Positions 52,655 to 64,000 of a stretch of DNA of 64,000 nt are shown one piece after another. Within the stretch, counting starts at the first letter, position 1. Each line of letters opens with the position of its first letter. Position numbers and translations under genes: made by a program. The DNA comes from Vicugna vicugna (lineage: Eukaryota), in contig MU058221.1 of the NCBI GenBank assembly GCA_013265495.1, forward strand, positions 992,001 through 1,056,000, read 5' to 3'. The notes beneath the pieces were generated by a model. That model was given only the letters and a program-made list of their open reading frames with translations, was not told where the DNA came from and did no database searches.

Positions 52655-55600
52655 TGCCTGCACCTTTTATTTGGCCAAGAATACTTCCTCAGGTGTGCCT
52701 GCAAAAGGCTCTAACAGAGAATCTTATCTCTTCCTCTTTAGATTTTTTGTTTGTTTATTTGCTTTTGTTTTATCAATTGCCTTTTCCAGATCTGCAAAGT
52801 GCCAAGTAATTGGACTCAGTTTCTTTTAGATACAGTAAACCTTCTGCAATTTTATTTATTTTCAGTTGTGCTGAGATATAATTGACAGATAACATTGCAT
52901 AAGCTTAATGAGATAATACACCGTAATGATACAATATATAGTCCACGTGGAAAAAGTTTCCCTTTGCAGAACTGTATATGTTTCCATTTTTCTGCAGTTG
53001 GCTAATTCCTCTCTTTTACTAACAGCAGCAGGATGTAGACACCATATTTCAACATTCTATTTGGTTAGACAACTTTATCAAAATCTATTGCTCAAGTGTC
53101 ATTTAGTTTGACTTTGAAATCAAATTAAATTTTGCCAAGGGATGACTAAGAGCCTTTATTTTCCAACATGCATAACCTTTCCCGTCACTGTCACATAATT
53201 TGATATTCATTGCTTGGTTGATGTTTTTAAAATCAATAGTTTATAACACTGTGCAAAACATGCTCTTGCCATTTCATTAGAGCAGTAAGACAGACAAGCA
53301 TATATTATTGCCCAACATTGCTCTGTATGCATAGAAATAACTATATCATTTACAAAGATAACATATCATGTCCTGTCTGGATAGCAAAGTCCTATAGTTT
53401 GATATTAGTCTTTTAAGATCGTTGTTTCAAAACCCCTTACTTTAGATATGATGATTTTGAAACCTTGAGATATTAATCAACAAATCCTAAACCGTGTAGT
53501 AATATTTCCATTACTGGCCTAATCTCAGATCTTTATATCCTTGAAGGAAGTCTGTGTGTCACATTTTGTTTTCTGCCTTATACTTTCAAATTAATTTCAT
53601 CCAGGCAGGTGGTTTGAGCTCTGAGAGCTGGTGTCTTCTCTTTAGCCCAATGACAGAAGGAAAACCCAAGAATCAACCGTAAATCCCCACATAATATGTA
53701 GGAAAAAACACAGTGCTGTTTAAAATGAAGCAAACTATTTCTGTACCAGGAAGTCAGGTCTCTGAGGAGGCTACGTTCTTTGCAGGATCAAAACTATTGA
53801 TCCTTGATTACACAGACCTGCTCATCAGCCCCGTTGTCCACATCCACTGCCAACACCTGAAACACTTTGTGCTAAATCAGCTTATGAAACGATTAAATAT
53901 CACAGAGAAAAATAAATAAAAATTACACTTCTGCAAGGGAGGAAAAACAAAAGCTCTGTTACCTTTGAGAAGCATTTGAGGTTGCTTTTGAGAGTGAACA
54001 TTAGCCAAAGAACATTGCACTCTGTGGCATAAAAGAAAGTCTTTGGAATCACATGTTCGATTTATTTTTTTTCCTTTGCAATCCACATTGGATTACACCC
54101 TGTCACAGTGTTCTCTTGAAAGATCTTTAGAGAATTTGTATAATAGGGCAAAAAGTGGTTTTAATTACTATCTCTCAGATGAGATATTTCTACTCTGTTA
54201 AAGCAGATAATTTAGGGTCAAAATACATAATATATAGCCTGCTTTAATTCTATTTCTATAAATAGTATTATTCACAGGAAAATCCTTCACAGAATTGTCC
54301 ATGGATAAAATTCTTTCCCTTTTTCCTCAGAGTGAGCTAACCCAGAGGTAAATGACAAAGGGAGAAAGTGGGAGAAAATATACGTTCTAATTTGGGATCT
54401 TTTAACATTTCAAACACAGATGTTCCATGTTCTCTCAGTGGAAAAATCACAGTTACAGAACTTCTTCAAAATCACAGTAACTGGTTTGCTTAGAGCTTTA
54501 ATAACAATCAAGAAGCAAAATGAAAATATACTGTGTAGATGTTTCTTAATATTACTAGTTAAAAATTAGAATGCGAAGCAAAAGAAAGACATAGTTTCGT
54601 ATTTTGACAGGCAAAAACATAAATAAGTAAGCAGCTAAAAGGTGTATTAATAAATGTTGCAATAAGCATCGCCTACCATCAAATTTGCACTCACCGAATG
54701 CATTTTCAATGAATTAAATAAGGAATGAATTCCCTGAAATACCTGACTGGCTTTTCCGCCGGATGATTTTCAGGCATTAAAGAATTAGAGCTGAAATGGG
54801 AGTATTTAGGTCTGCCTGTGTAAGGGTTAGGAAATAGCTTTAGAGAAATCCAGTGCGCTTTTTCAAATACCACCAGCTCATGGTTCACATGTCAATCAAC
54901 TGGAGTCAGAGATAAAGAGAAAGTTTTAAAGGCTCCATTGAAAGCTGCTGGCAGCCACAAACACAGAACTAAAAGGAGCATTAGGAAGCGCTCTGTTTAC
55001 AGCAATTAGCTGGACCAGAGCCCCGTCCGCAGTTCTGATGCTGTGGGCCTTCTCCTTCCTTTCCGTTCTTTAATATTCAAACAGTGTGAAAAGTTTAAAT
55101 ACATCCCTCTGCTGTGACTGACACATGTGATGAACTCGGGACCCACAGTTACAAGGATGCATCTTAATGCATCCAGGAGCTTCATTAACTGCAGTGTGTG
55201 AAGGAGGCAGTGGCTTTGCGTAGCTGTCGTACAAGAAATTTTAATAAAAATCCTCAAGTCAGCAACTAACCAGCCATCCATCTGGCAGCATTTACCAGAG
55301 CTGAATTCATTATCTTATTAAGACAAAGGACCCTAATTCAGACCTTTCACCTTACACAGTCATACGTCTGAGTATAGACATTTTACTTTATTTTTTTTAA
55401 GGTGAGTGACAGTGAAAGCGAGGAGGGCAGGCATTATTTTTGCAGACACATAATTGGCGGAACCCTCCAGGGCTGCCTCTGGTAACGTGAACCGGTGGGC
55501 ACTCGTCTCCATGTGTTTTGGTAAGAGAACTAGAAAAATAAGTGTATGCAATCTGTCTTCCAAGTTAAGATATTCTAATTCCGTGCTCTGCCTGCGTTAC

Positions 55601-55829
55601 ATCATGGGCTTTTGTGAAGCCTTCAGCCTTTCCACTCAGTTGGGGTTGCAGGCTAGGAACCCTGACCATACGCCTGAGCAGCTGAAAACGAACATGCAAA
55701 CCATTGAAACATCAAGAGAGCACAGGTGTGTGGTCACTAACAAGCTGTATACAGACTGAGTTTTCTATACGTCGAGGTACTTCCGTAAACAATCATTAAT
55801 GGAAAAAGCTCCATTCCCGTAAGGAGCTC

Positions 55830-56480
55830 ATGCAGCGCCCTCTCCGCGCACGGCACAGAGAGAAGTCCAAACATTCAGAAGAGCATCGGCAAGACTCAGT
55901 GAAACCATCGCTGCCCTACCTGCGCGCCATCTCCAGAGGCATCAGTCTTCGGTTTTGTCTGTCTTCAGTGGCCGATGGCGTTGGGTGGCTGCCGCTCTCG
56001 GTCAGCTCGGAGAGGGAGAAGGAGCCCTCCGGGGCCTCCGTGCGTCTTCAGGGAAGCACGAGGGATTTTTGGCTACAGCTGCCAGGATTTAGACTGCGTT
56101 TGGAAGCAGTAATTCCGCGGCTGTTACCAGGTTGAAGAATGTGTTTCGTGCATAAAGGGCGCTGCTTAGAAAGGGCCACGTTTTCAAGGGGCCCGCCCTC
56201 CGCGCGGCCGGCCGTCTCCCCGCCGCGTCCCGCCGCCGCCACGGCCCCTGCCCCGGGCCTTGACCGCGTCGCTGGTTCCCGGCCTCGCCTCTGACGCATC
56301 GCTGTCGGCTGGGCAGGCTTCTCCTAAGCAACCGGGCCGTTTCCCCTCGGCTTTCCCGTCGCCTGCTGATGGGAAGAACAGTTATTCAAGCCAGCAGGAC
56401 ACGAACATCTCTCCATCCCCATGTCCGTCCTCCCCCCCCACGGCTCCCGTGCTGCCTCTCACAACATTCTCGGCGCCTGG
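55830..56480. promoter_or_regulatory. Orphan CpG-island-like segment (peak 56185-56370)
   Basis: ggcccgccctccgcgcggccggccgtctccccgccgcgtcccgccgccgccacgg; no gene. Confidence 0.7.
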
Positions 56481-57899
56481 TGAGTGAGGGACTTCATGAA
56501 AATACCCAAGTTCTAGCCTTAAAGTCATCGCAAGTGGAGGAGTTGAGAAGAGAACGAAGAAAGATGGCCCCATCTGCTCTTTGATTGTGGAGGTAGCCTT
56601 TGAACAAAACGAGCTAGTACATGTCAACGCACTAAGCAGCACTCGCCAAGTGTTCCCTGTGCGCTAGAAATGGTTCTGTTCTTACTATTTGACATCTAGA
56701 AACTATGGCAACTGGCATGTCACCATTTCCACTACGTGTGCGTTAAAATGGACCAAGTAATGGGCTCTGTTTGTAAGTCAGTTAATTATAACAAAATTGA
56801 TTGCATTTACTTGGATGCGAATTTGGTAATTCAGGTTGCTGTTGACCAAATAGAATGACACGAAATTGTGTAAAAAAATAAAAGGCTAGAAAGCATGTGA
56901 CGACTTACATATGCTTAGAAAGCACGTAACTGCCTTATGACAACATCCGTTTCTTAGGATTTTATCATTCTGGGAAAGGAGTGCATTACCTACTGCCCTA
57001 GAGGGACTGGAGGCTTGAAGCTGCACCCAGCTCTCGGAGGACCTGAGTTATAAGAAAATGCCACTTTTTTTTCAGAACAGCTGTGGGGAAGAGTCTGAAG
57101 GTGGAACCAAGAATCTGGATGAGCCCTCCTGAGACGCGCCACCTGTGAGCCACGAGATGGTGACCACGTGGATTGTTAACACCTCGACTGTGGTACGGCT
57201 CCTGTGCGGCCAACCGTTCCTGTACAGCAGTCACATTTCAGATGTGGACTTTGATGACCTTTGACAGATGTGCGCAGCCATGAAACACTACCGCAGTCGA
57301 GACAGCGAGCACCCCCATCGCTCCCCACGAGGGGCCGTTGCACACCAAGGGCGACAGTGCAACAGCCGCCCGCGAGCCTGCCCAGTCCTCCTGTCCACCT
57401 CCCAGCTGCGCCCTGCTATTGCTTGCTATCTGGAGTTTCTTAGCTTGGTGATGCTTCTGTCCGGCGAAGTACAAGCCTCAGGCAAGGGATTGTCCCTGGG
57501 GTGGCAGTGAGTGTGCCCATTTCAGCCCTCCTGCCCTGCCTCCATCTGCAGTTCTGCATTCAGCGCTTGGTCCGGCCCTGTTTCTCCCTCCCTGTTCTTT
57601 CTCCCGGTTTCGGGAGGTGCTCACCAGTACCTTCAGCTCCCTTGGTCCATCATTTTCCCACCTGTCCTGATGGTCATGAATTCGTTAAACTCATTTGCAC
57701 TCTGCTCCCTCCCCGTCTTTTAACATTTTATGCACAGTAAAAGTTTAGTGTCCTTCAAAACGGGGAGAGAGACATCAAGAGGAAAGCGTGACTGCTGTCT
57801 TTCCCACCGTTCCCCGCCCACCCCCGCCTCCTGTTTATGGAAAAGCTGGTGTGTCCCCGGCCTCCCTGAGGCGCAGAAGGGCAGGCTCCAGCCGTTGGT

Positions 57900-58092
57900 T
57901 AGGACAAGCCTGCAGGCGCTGAGGGATGGCAATGACTCGGACCCCCTATCTCAACAACTAACTGAGATTGCTTCTTCGTTTCCCTTTAAACCTTTCATGG
58001 CTGAACAGGCTCTTTAGAGATGGGTTTTTGGGGGTGAGGGGTGCCAGGGCCACCAGATTGCAGGCATTCTGATTAAAAGCAACTTTGCTCTT
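57900..58092 (+). mobile_element. Older LTR fragment, interrupted at its 3' end by a second LTR
   Basis: tccctttaaacc...cagattgcaggcattctgattaaaagcaactttgctctt resembles ERV1 LTR R/U5. Confidence 0.5.
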
Positions 58093-58702
58093 TGTTACCA
58101 AGGCTGTTGCCCCAGGATCACACCCCTGCCCCCTCCCTCAAGCAGAACCCAGGGACTCTTGTCTAAGTCTCAGGAGGTGGCTGCAGGGAAGATGAGAACC
58201 AGTTAGAACAGGGTCCAAGATGCTAGAAGACTTGACTTCCAGGAGACTTTCAGCCCCTTTATGTGCTCATTGTAAACTATTAACATGCTGAACGACACAC
58301 CCTCCAGCGCCATGACAGTTGCCAGTCGCCATGACAACAACCAGAAAAGCCCATACAAGGACTGAAAACCTCTGAGTGAGGACTGATTGGCTCCATCCCA
58401 CCCGAGTGAGGACGCAGTGGTGACAGCCTCTCACAAAAGTCCATGCGGCCCGACCTGGGCTGGGGATGTCCCTGCCACCCGTCTCCAGTGCTGACAGCCC
58501 CCCACTCCGGGACCTCCTCCTCGCTGGAGCGCCTCCTTCCCTTCTCCCTGCTCGAGCGCCTTCCTTCTCTTTCCCCTTCTGAGCAATAAAGCAGCTGCTC
58601 ACTTTGTCCCTCTGCCTCTGCTGTGCGAATTCTTTCACAACTCGCGGCAAGAACCCACACTTCTGTGGGCTTCCTAATTTAGGGGTCTTCCCTCTGCTAA
58701 CA
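58093..58702 (+). mobile_element. Solo LTR, ERV1-like
   Basis: Inverted termini TGTTA...TAACA; cagcgccatgacagtt motif; AATAAA near 58585; U5-like gaattctttc...gcaagaaccc. No clear TSD. Confidence 0.75.
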
Positions 58703-58880
58703 CCACCACAGACTGAGCTTTTATTCCATAGGAGATACAGGACAGAAGGATGCAGGCGGAGTCTTGGCTATTTCCCTCCCCTACATGTATGTGTGCCACC
58801 ATGGACACTTCTTAGGGCTTTTCTGCAGTCTTTTACAAAGCAATGCTACACTGAATAGCCGTGTGCATTTACGGTATTGG

Positions 58881-59240
58881 TAGATAGATAGATTGATAGA
58901 TAGATAGATAGATAGATAATACATAGATGATAGATTGATAGATAATAGATAGATAGATAGATAATAGATAGGTGATAGATAGATAGATAGATGATAGATA
59001 GATAATAGATAGGTTGATAGATAATAGATAGATGATAGATAGATAGATAGATAGGTGATAGATGATAGATGATAGGTAGGTAGATAAATAGATACATAGA
59101 TACATGATAGATAGGTAGATAAATAGATAATAGATAAATAGGTAGATAGATAGGTAATCGATGATAGATAATAGATAAATAGATAATAGATAATAGGTTG
59201 ATAGATAATAGATGACAGATAGATAGAAAATAGATGATAG
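58881..59240. repeat. Complex (GATA)n/(GAT)/(GGTA) array, ~360 bp
   Basis: Direct reading. Confidence 0.95.
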
Positions 59241-60514
59241 GTGAAATGTATTAGTGTAAACTTTAGAGGGGTGCTGGAGAGGAATAGACCTTGTCGTATA
59301 AATTCGATTTTTTTATTTACATAAGAAAAACTAAAAATAATCACAAAGAAAAAATTTATTTCCTAAAATGTAAATGCTAACTGAAACACGGCTCTGACTC
59401 TGTATCAAGCCCGCACACACACAAACACACATGCGTGTCTGTGTTCACTGGCTATGTCTTTGACAGTGAGAATGTATTTTTGTGGGAACAGCCAGGAAGA
59501 TCACAACGTAGGCGGGTCATGGAGGACCGGTCAGTCTTTAAGCTATTGAAAGATGCTATTGAGGTTTAATAATGAAAATTTCCTGGTACTCAGTTTGGAG
59601 GTAAATTTTATAAAAGAGAAAAAGAATTTCAGATACAAAGAGCCAGGAAATCGTCCAAATGAAGGCTGAGATAATGTTAACATTTAAAATTAGGTAGTAA
59701 ATGTTAGATTACTCAGCAAGTGGTGTTGTTTCAACTGTCTAAGCGTTTACAAAAAAATGGTGGCTGCGCACTTTACAAAAACATAATTTCAAGACGGGTG
59801 AAGTGTGTAGGTTGGAAATAAAAATTGAGAACTAATTTCCTGATGATGCCTTCATGGGTATTTTTTAAGTTATACTTTTTTATTTTAAAACTTTCAGTGA
59901 AAGCTTATGTTACTGTCAAACTGATTTTTAAAACATTTAATGGTCATAAAACCTCATAAATTATAGGAATAGAGTAATGGGAAACTTTGGTGTTGCTTCT
60001 ATCAGAGCTGCATTAAGAACAATCAAGTTGTCTGTAAAAGCAGGAGAAATTAAATTCAGTGAAATAACTGGGTGTGTAACCATTTTAAATACTATTAAGC
60101 TATGCGCAAATGTTAGTTGCTAATTGTACCAGCATATTAGGTTAGGTGGGAAAGAGTGCAAGGCGCTAGTGTCATTCAGGAGGGAATTAGAGCAATCCAG
60201 GTAAACACAAGCCAAGTGTGAGACTGAATGGTTTGAACAGCCCTGCAGAATGACAGGGAGATTTGTTTACTGTATTAGGACCAGATGCTTAAAAGCCATC
60301 AGAAGTGACACCCAGCGGTTCATCTAATACTCATTTCTACCCCCGCGGTGCCTTCCCTTCTACCCTCCACACCCCAGGGCCGATTCACTTCCAACGTGAC
60401 CAAAGTCGGGTGAGAGGCCTTGTGCCTGGAGTTTAGACAACCCGGACGAGAGCGATGCACTTGCACGCTGCACCTTTGAGCTCCTACTGATCATCCAGGC
60501 TCACGGGTGTTCAC

Positions 60515-60735
60515 AAAATAACAACTATATTAAGTGCTGGGCGTAATTCTAAGTACTTCCTAGGTCCTAACTCACTTCCTCCTACAAAACTTTGTGATCA
60601 GATGCACATTTTCCTCCACTGTATGGATAATAGGTGTACGGTATAGAAGATTTACGTAAATTACTCAAGATAATCTAACTATTAATTATGCGAGGATCAG
60701 GTGGGTTGGCCTTTTATGACTGAGCTATTTTTAAC
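60515..60735 (-). mobile_element. MIR fragment
   Basis: aataacaactatattaagtgctgggcgtaattctaagtacttcc...aactcacttcctcctacaaaactttgtga...gtaaattactcaagataat. Confidence 0.6.
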
Positions 60736-62899
60736 ACACTCGTTGCATCAGGCATATATCTTTTCCTGACATCTCTCAAACTGACAGCTCAGATATTCTC
60801 CAAATTCATTTTTACTTGGACTTCATGATTTGCCTGCTTCCTTTCCTCCTTCACGTCTCTTTCCCTTTCAAATCCAACTTTGCATTGTATTCTTAAGTGC
60901 TGAATACCTACATTTGGAAGTTTTCTTGAATATCTGAGTTAATAAATTATTTCTCAAAAGTGTTGTTTTCCTGTCTCAAACATTTAGATGGCTAAAGAAA
61001 GAAACCACGACTGGCGTGTTCTCGAAATAGCAAAGCCATGATTTGCTGGGTGAAGTCCATCATGATCCAAAATTAACTACTGAAATATCCGATGGGAAAG
61101 CCTATTGTGAGGTTTGTAAAGATCGCCTCAGGCCAGCCTCACCGACGTCTGTTATCAGAAAAGCCATCATTTCATTTCTCCACTAAATAGCGAGACTTAG
61201 AGCAGAAGTCAAGGTGTAGCCCGTTGGCCTTGCTGACTTGAAGTCTGCAGATGTAACAGCCAGCCACACACAATAAACGCATTCTGCACCAAGATGGGAA
61301 GACAATTACATCAGGGTGTTAGCTGTAATCGTTTTGAAAATGTGTCAATGAATAACTGAACATCAATTTAAAGCAATTTTTAGCAATTTTATATTTAGTT
61401 CTCCTTCAGTGCTAATGTTACTCAACCTGGAACACACTGGCAAGCAGGTGGGAAGAAATACGAAAACAGGAAGGAAAACTAGTAGATGAGGTATGTAATA
61501 CTGTTTTTTTAACAACTGATAAACCTTTGCCTAAGAGCCTCTCATTGACGTGTAATATATTTTCTCTTGAAGTCACTATTCGCTATGATTTTAGTTTTGT
61601 GTCTTTTTAACTTGACTTTAGTTAATAGTTTAATAAGATGAGTTATTTCATTGCTAATATCTTTAAAATTGTCATTAAATATGAACACTTTGTGAATCAC
61701 ACACCATTGGAAAAGAGCTCTCCGCACTCTAATGTGAGCTTCCACGATGCAGGGCACGGAGGCTCTAAACTAAAACAGGGACAACTGTCAAGGTTAAAAA
61801 ATTTTCATTTGGAAAACAAAGACAAAAACAAAAATCTGTGTTATAAGTGTTTTAAATCTGAACACAATTCCAATGGATGTGTAGGTAATGTAAGTGTGTT
61901 AAAGTGCAAACGTTCCGATGGGATGAGGGTCAGTGTCTAACATTTAAGTGGATGCATGTGAAGAATAGACCAATGTCATCTTTTAAGAAAATATTTATAA
62001 ACTTGTCACTGACATCTTTTGTAATGATGAAAAAATAAGAAGGAGGGAGAGGGGAGGAGGGGAAGGAGGAGGAGTTTGGTAACCAAAATCAACTCCCAGA
62101 TTTAGACATGGATACACGTATTTTACTCTTTTCTTTGTGAACATAATTCTGTATTTTACACCCTGAATTTTCCCTTGAATTTAGTTTCCGTTAGCACACA
62201 GCTAATAAAATCACCAAGAGTTGAAATCACGTTAAGCGATTTAATATGCAAATGAAGGGACTCTTTCAGAGGCTTGATTTGTCTTCTCCACAAACAGGAA
62301 TAATTTCCTCATACACTGAATCGTGAAAAAATGTGGAAAAAAAATAATAAGCATTACTAATTTCTTAAATTCATAGGAAGGGTGGGTAACTTGACTTTCT
62401 CTTGGCCAGTACCTGCTCTAGCAGTCTCTCTTTATAATTAGTTTATGCCTATCAGGTTTTGGAGAGAAATCTGCAATTTTACTGACATTGAAAAATATTA
62501 TTAGCTAATTTCTTAATTGTAAAATTAACATCTTACTTAACAAAAATGACTCATTTCAAAGCAAAGTAATTAATTAAGACAAAACATTACCCACAGAAAA
62601 GCTCAGGGGAATATTTGATATATGGTATTTCATTTCTGCTTTTCCATGCCTCCATATTTACAAATGATTCTTAAGGAAATCTTGATTTGAAACAATCTGT
62701 CGTCATGAAGGGTCTGTGGACAAGAACCGTGTCATTGGTTTTAGAGGAAAAAACCCCCAGCATGTTTGACTCTCTTTTTTCTGTTTAGTCAGCGGACTGT
62801 TTCCAGATGCTTTCTCTTACAAATATGTATTCGTTTAACTCACAGCTGACGACAATCATGCCAACTCGCTACTTCTACAAAATACACTATAAAATCTGC

Positions 62900-63190
62900 T
62901 CACAGTTGATGCCTTGGATGCATCACTTGCAGACCCTTCTCCCTCCTCATTCCTATAAATTTTCAAAAGAGCCTTTTCAGGTTCATCCTTTATCTGCAAG
63001 TGCCTTCCCAGCTGGTATCCTTGCTTCTCCACAGAGTCCAACTCAAGCACAAATCACCACCATTTCTGGACCAGATACCACAGTCATTTTTCTAACTGTC
63101 CCATCTTCGTACACTCTCTTCTAGCCTTCCCTCACGTTGCAGCCAAAGAAATCTTCTCAAACTTGGGATTTTGTAATGGCATCCTGCTCT
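62900..63190 (+). mobile_element. L2 fragment (ordinary base composition)
   Basis: caccatttctggaccagataccacagtcattttctaactg...cacgttgcagccaaagaaatcttctcaaac. Confidence 0.6.
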
Positions 63191-63569
63191 CCCGTTAGCC
63201 GCAGTTAAAGACCCGACCAGCATGGAGGTCGCACTTGTCAAAAGATCAACTCCCATTTGGTACCATATTGCTTTGAAGCCAAGCCTAAAAAACGCATTCC
63301 AGATCGACGGAACTAACTTACAGTAATAAACCAGAGCTGCAAGAGAGTCTGAGTAGGATGAACACTCGGTTGACTCCGTCTAGGTGAGATGGACTCATAC
63401 TTGACATATGAGTCAATTTTTAAAACAGAAGGCAATTATTCAAAATGGCCTCAAATGATGCATGTTTTCTGGAGTTCACAACTTGTTCGCTGCACACCAA
63501 GTACACCATTTTCCAAAAATAACCCTCCAAATACCATCACATCCACCCACATCACCAATACCCCTTTTT

Positions 63570-64000
63570 CTAGATGCCAACTAAAACTGGCTCTTGCCAT
63601 CTGCCTCTACAAGGAATGCATCACGTTGGCATCTGCCATCTACCTATGCTTGGGTTAAATCACATGCCACGGCAGCCACTGACCTTCAACACACCCTGAA
63701 AGGGGTTCAGAGTGGATATCAAGAAAGAGGCAGTCTGTGTTCTGGGACGAAGTGGCAAAACAGGTCTTCAGACAGTGAGGAATTTTCAGGAGATCTTGTA
63801 AGCCCCAATTATTGCATCTCCTCATATCTAGAAAAGCACTGTAGTCATTAGCAGGGACGTCTGCCCCTCGTGGCCAGCAGCAGCCTCTGCCTGAGTGTGT
63901 GCTTGACGGCACGTGCCCCACTCCATGAAAATCACATATAATTCTGAGTTCCCCCCTGCCTCTTAGGGGCAGTCCCTCAGAGCTGTCTGAAATTCTGTCT
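63570..64000 (+). mobile_element. ERV1-type LTR (artiodactyl-like), cut by the window end
   Basis: gccactgaccttcaacacaccctgaaaggggttcag...tcctcatatctagaaaagcact...aaaatcacatataa...cagtccctcagagct. Confidence 0.7.

Noticed and set aside
52051..52714. ORFs spanning the N run
   Set aside because: Artefacts of the gap; only the L1 ORF2 fragment after 52368 is real.
58781..59344. 187-aa Ile/Tyr/Leu/Ser ORF
   Set aside because: Translation of the GATA array.

Overview
Mammalian genomic DNA, very probably camelid (a Vic-1-type tRNA-derived SINE and camelid-style L1 3' ends). The only protein-coding gene is LRRTM4 on the minus strand. Its parts here are 5' exon(s) near 4.9-5.1 kb, a short exon ending in ATG-G (4456-4453), and the large coding exon 2641-1089. 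That exon either reads through to give the 518-aa short isoform ending in the PDZ-binding motif ECEV, or splices at 1095 to a long-isoform exon outside the window. The remaining ~59 kb is upstream gene desert with L1, L2, MIR, DNA transposons, solo LTRs, microsatellites and one 183-N gap. The most unusual signal is several isolated CpG-island-like peaks (~24 kb, ~43.4 kb, ~56.2 kb) that still read as ancient AT-rich L1ME/L2 relics with A/T replaced by G/C. LRRTM4 amino-acid differences from the human protein are also mostly A/T-to-G/C codon changes. Together these suggest lineage-specific GC-biased gene conversion building new CpG islands and altering a synaptic protein. Repeat family names and the human comparison come from my recall of consensus/reference sequences, not from a search; repeat boundaries are approximate unless TSDs are given.
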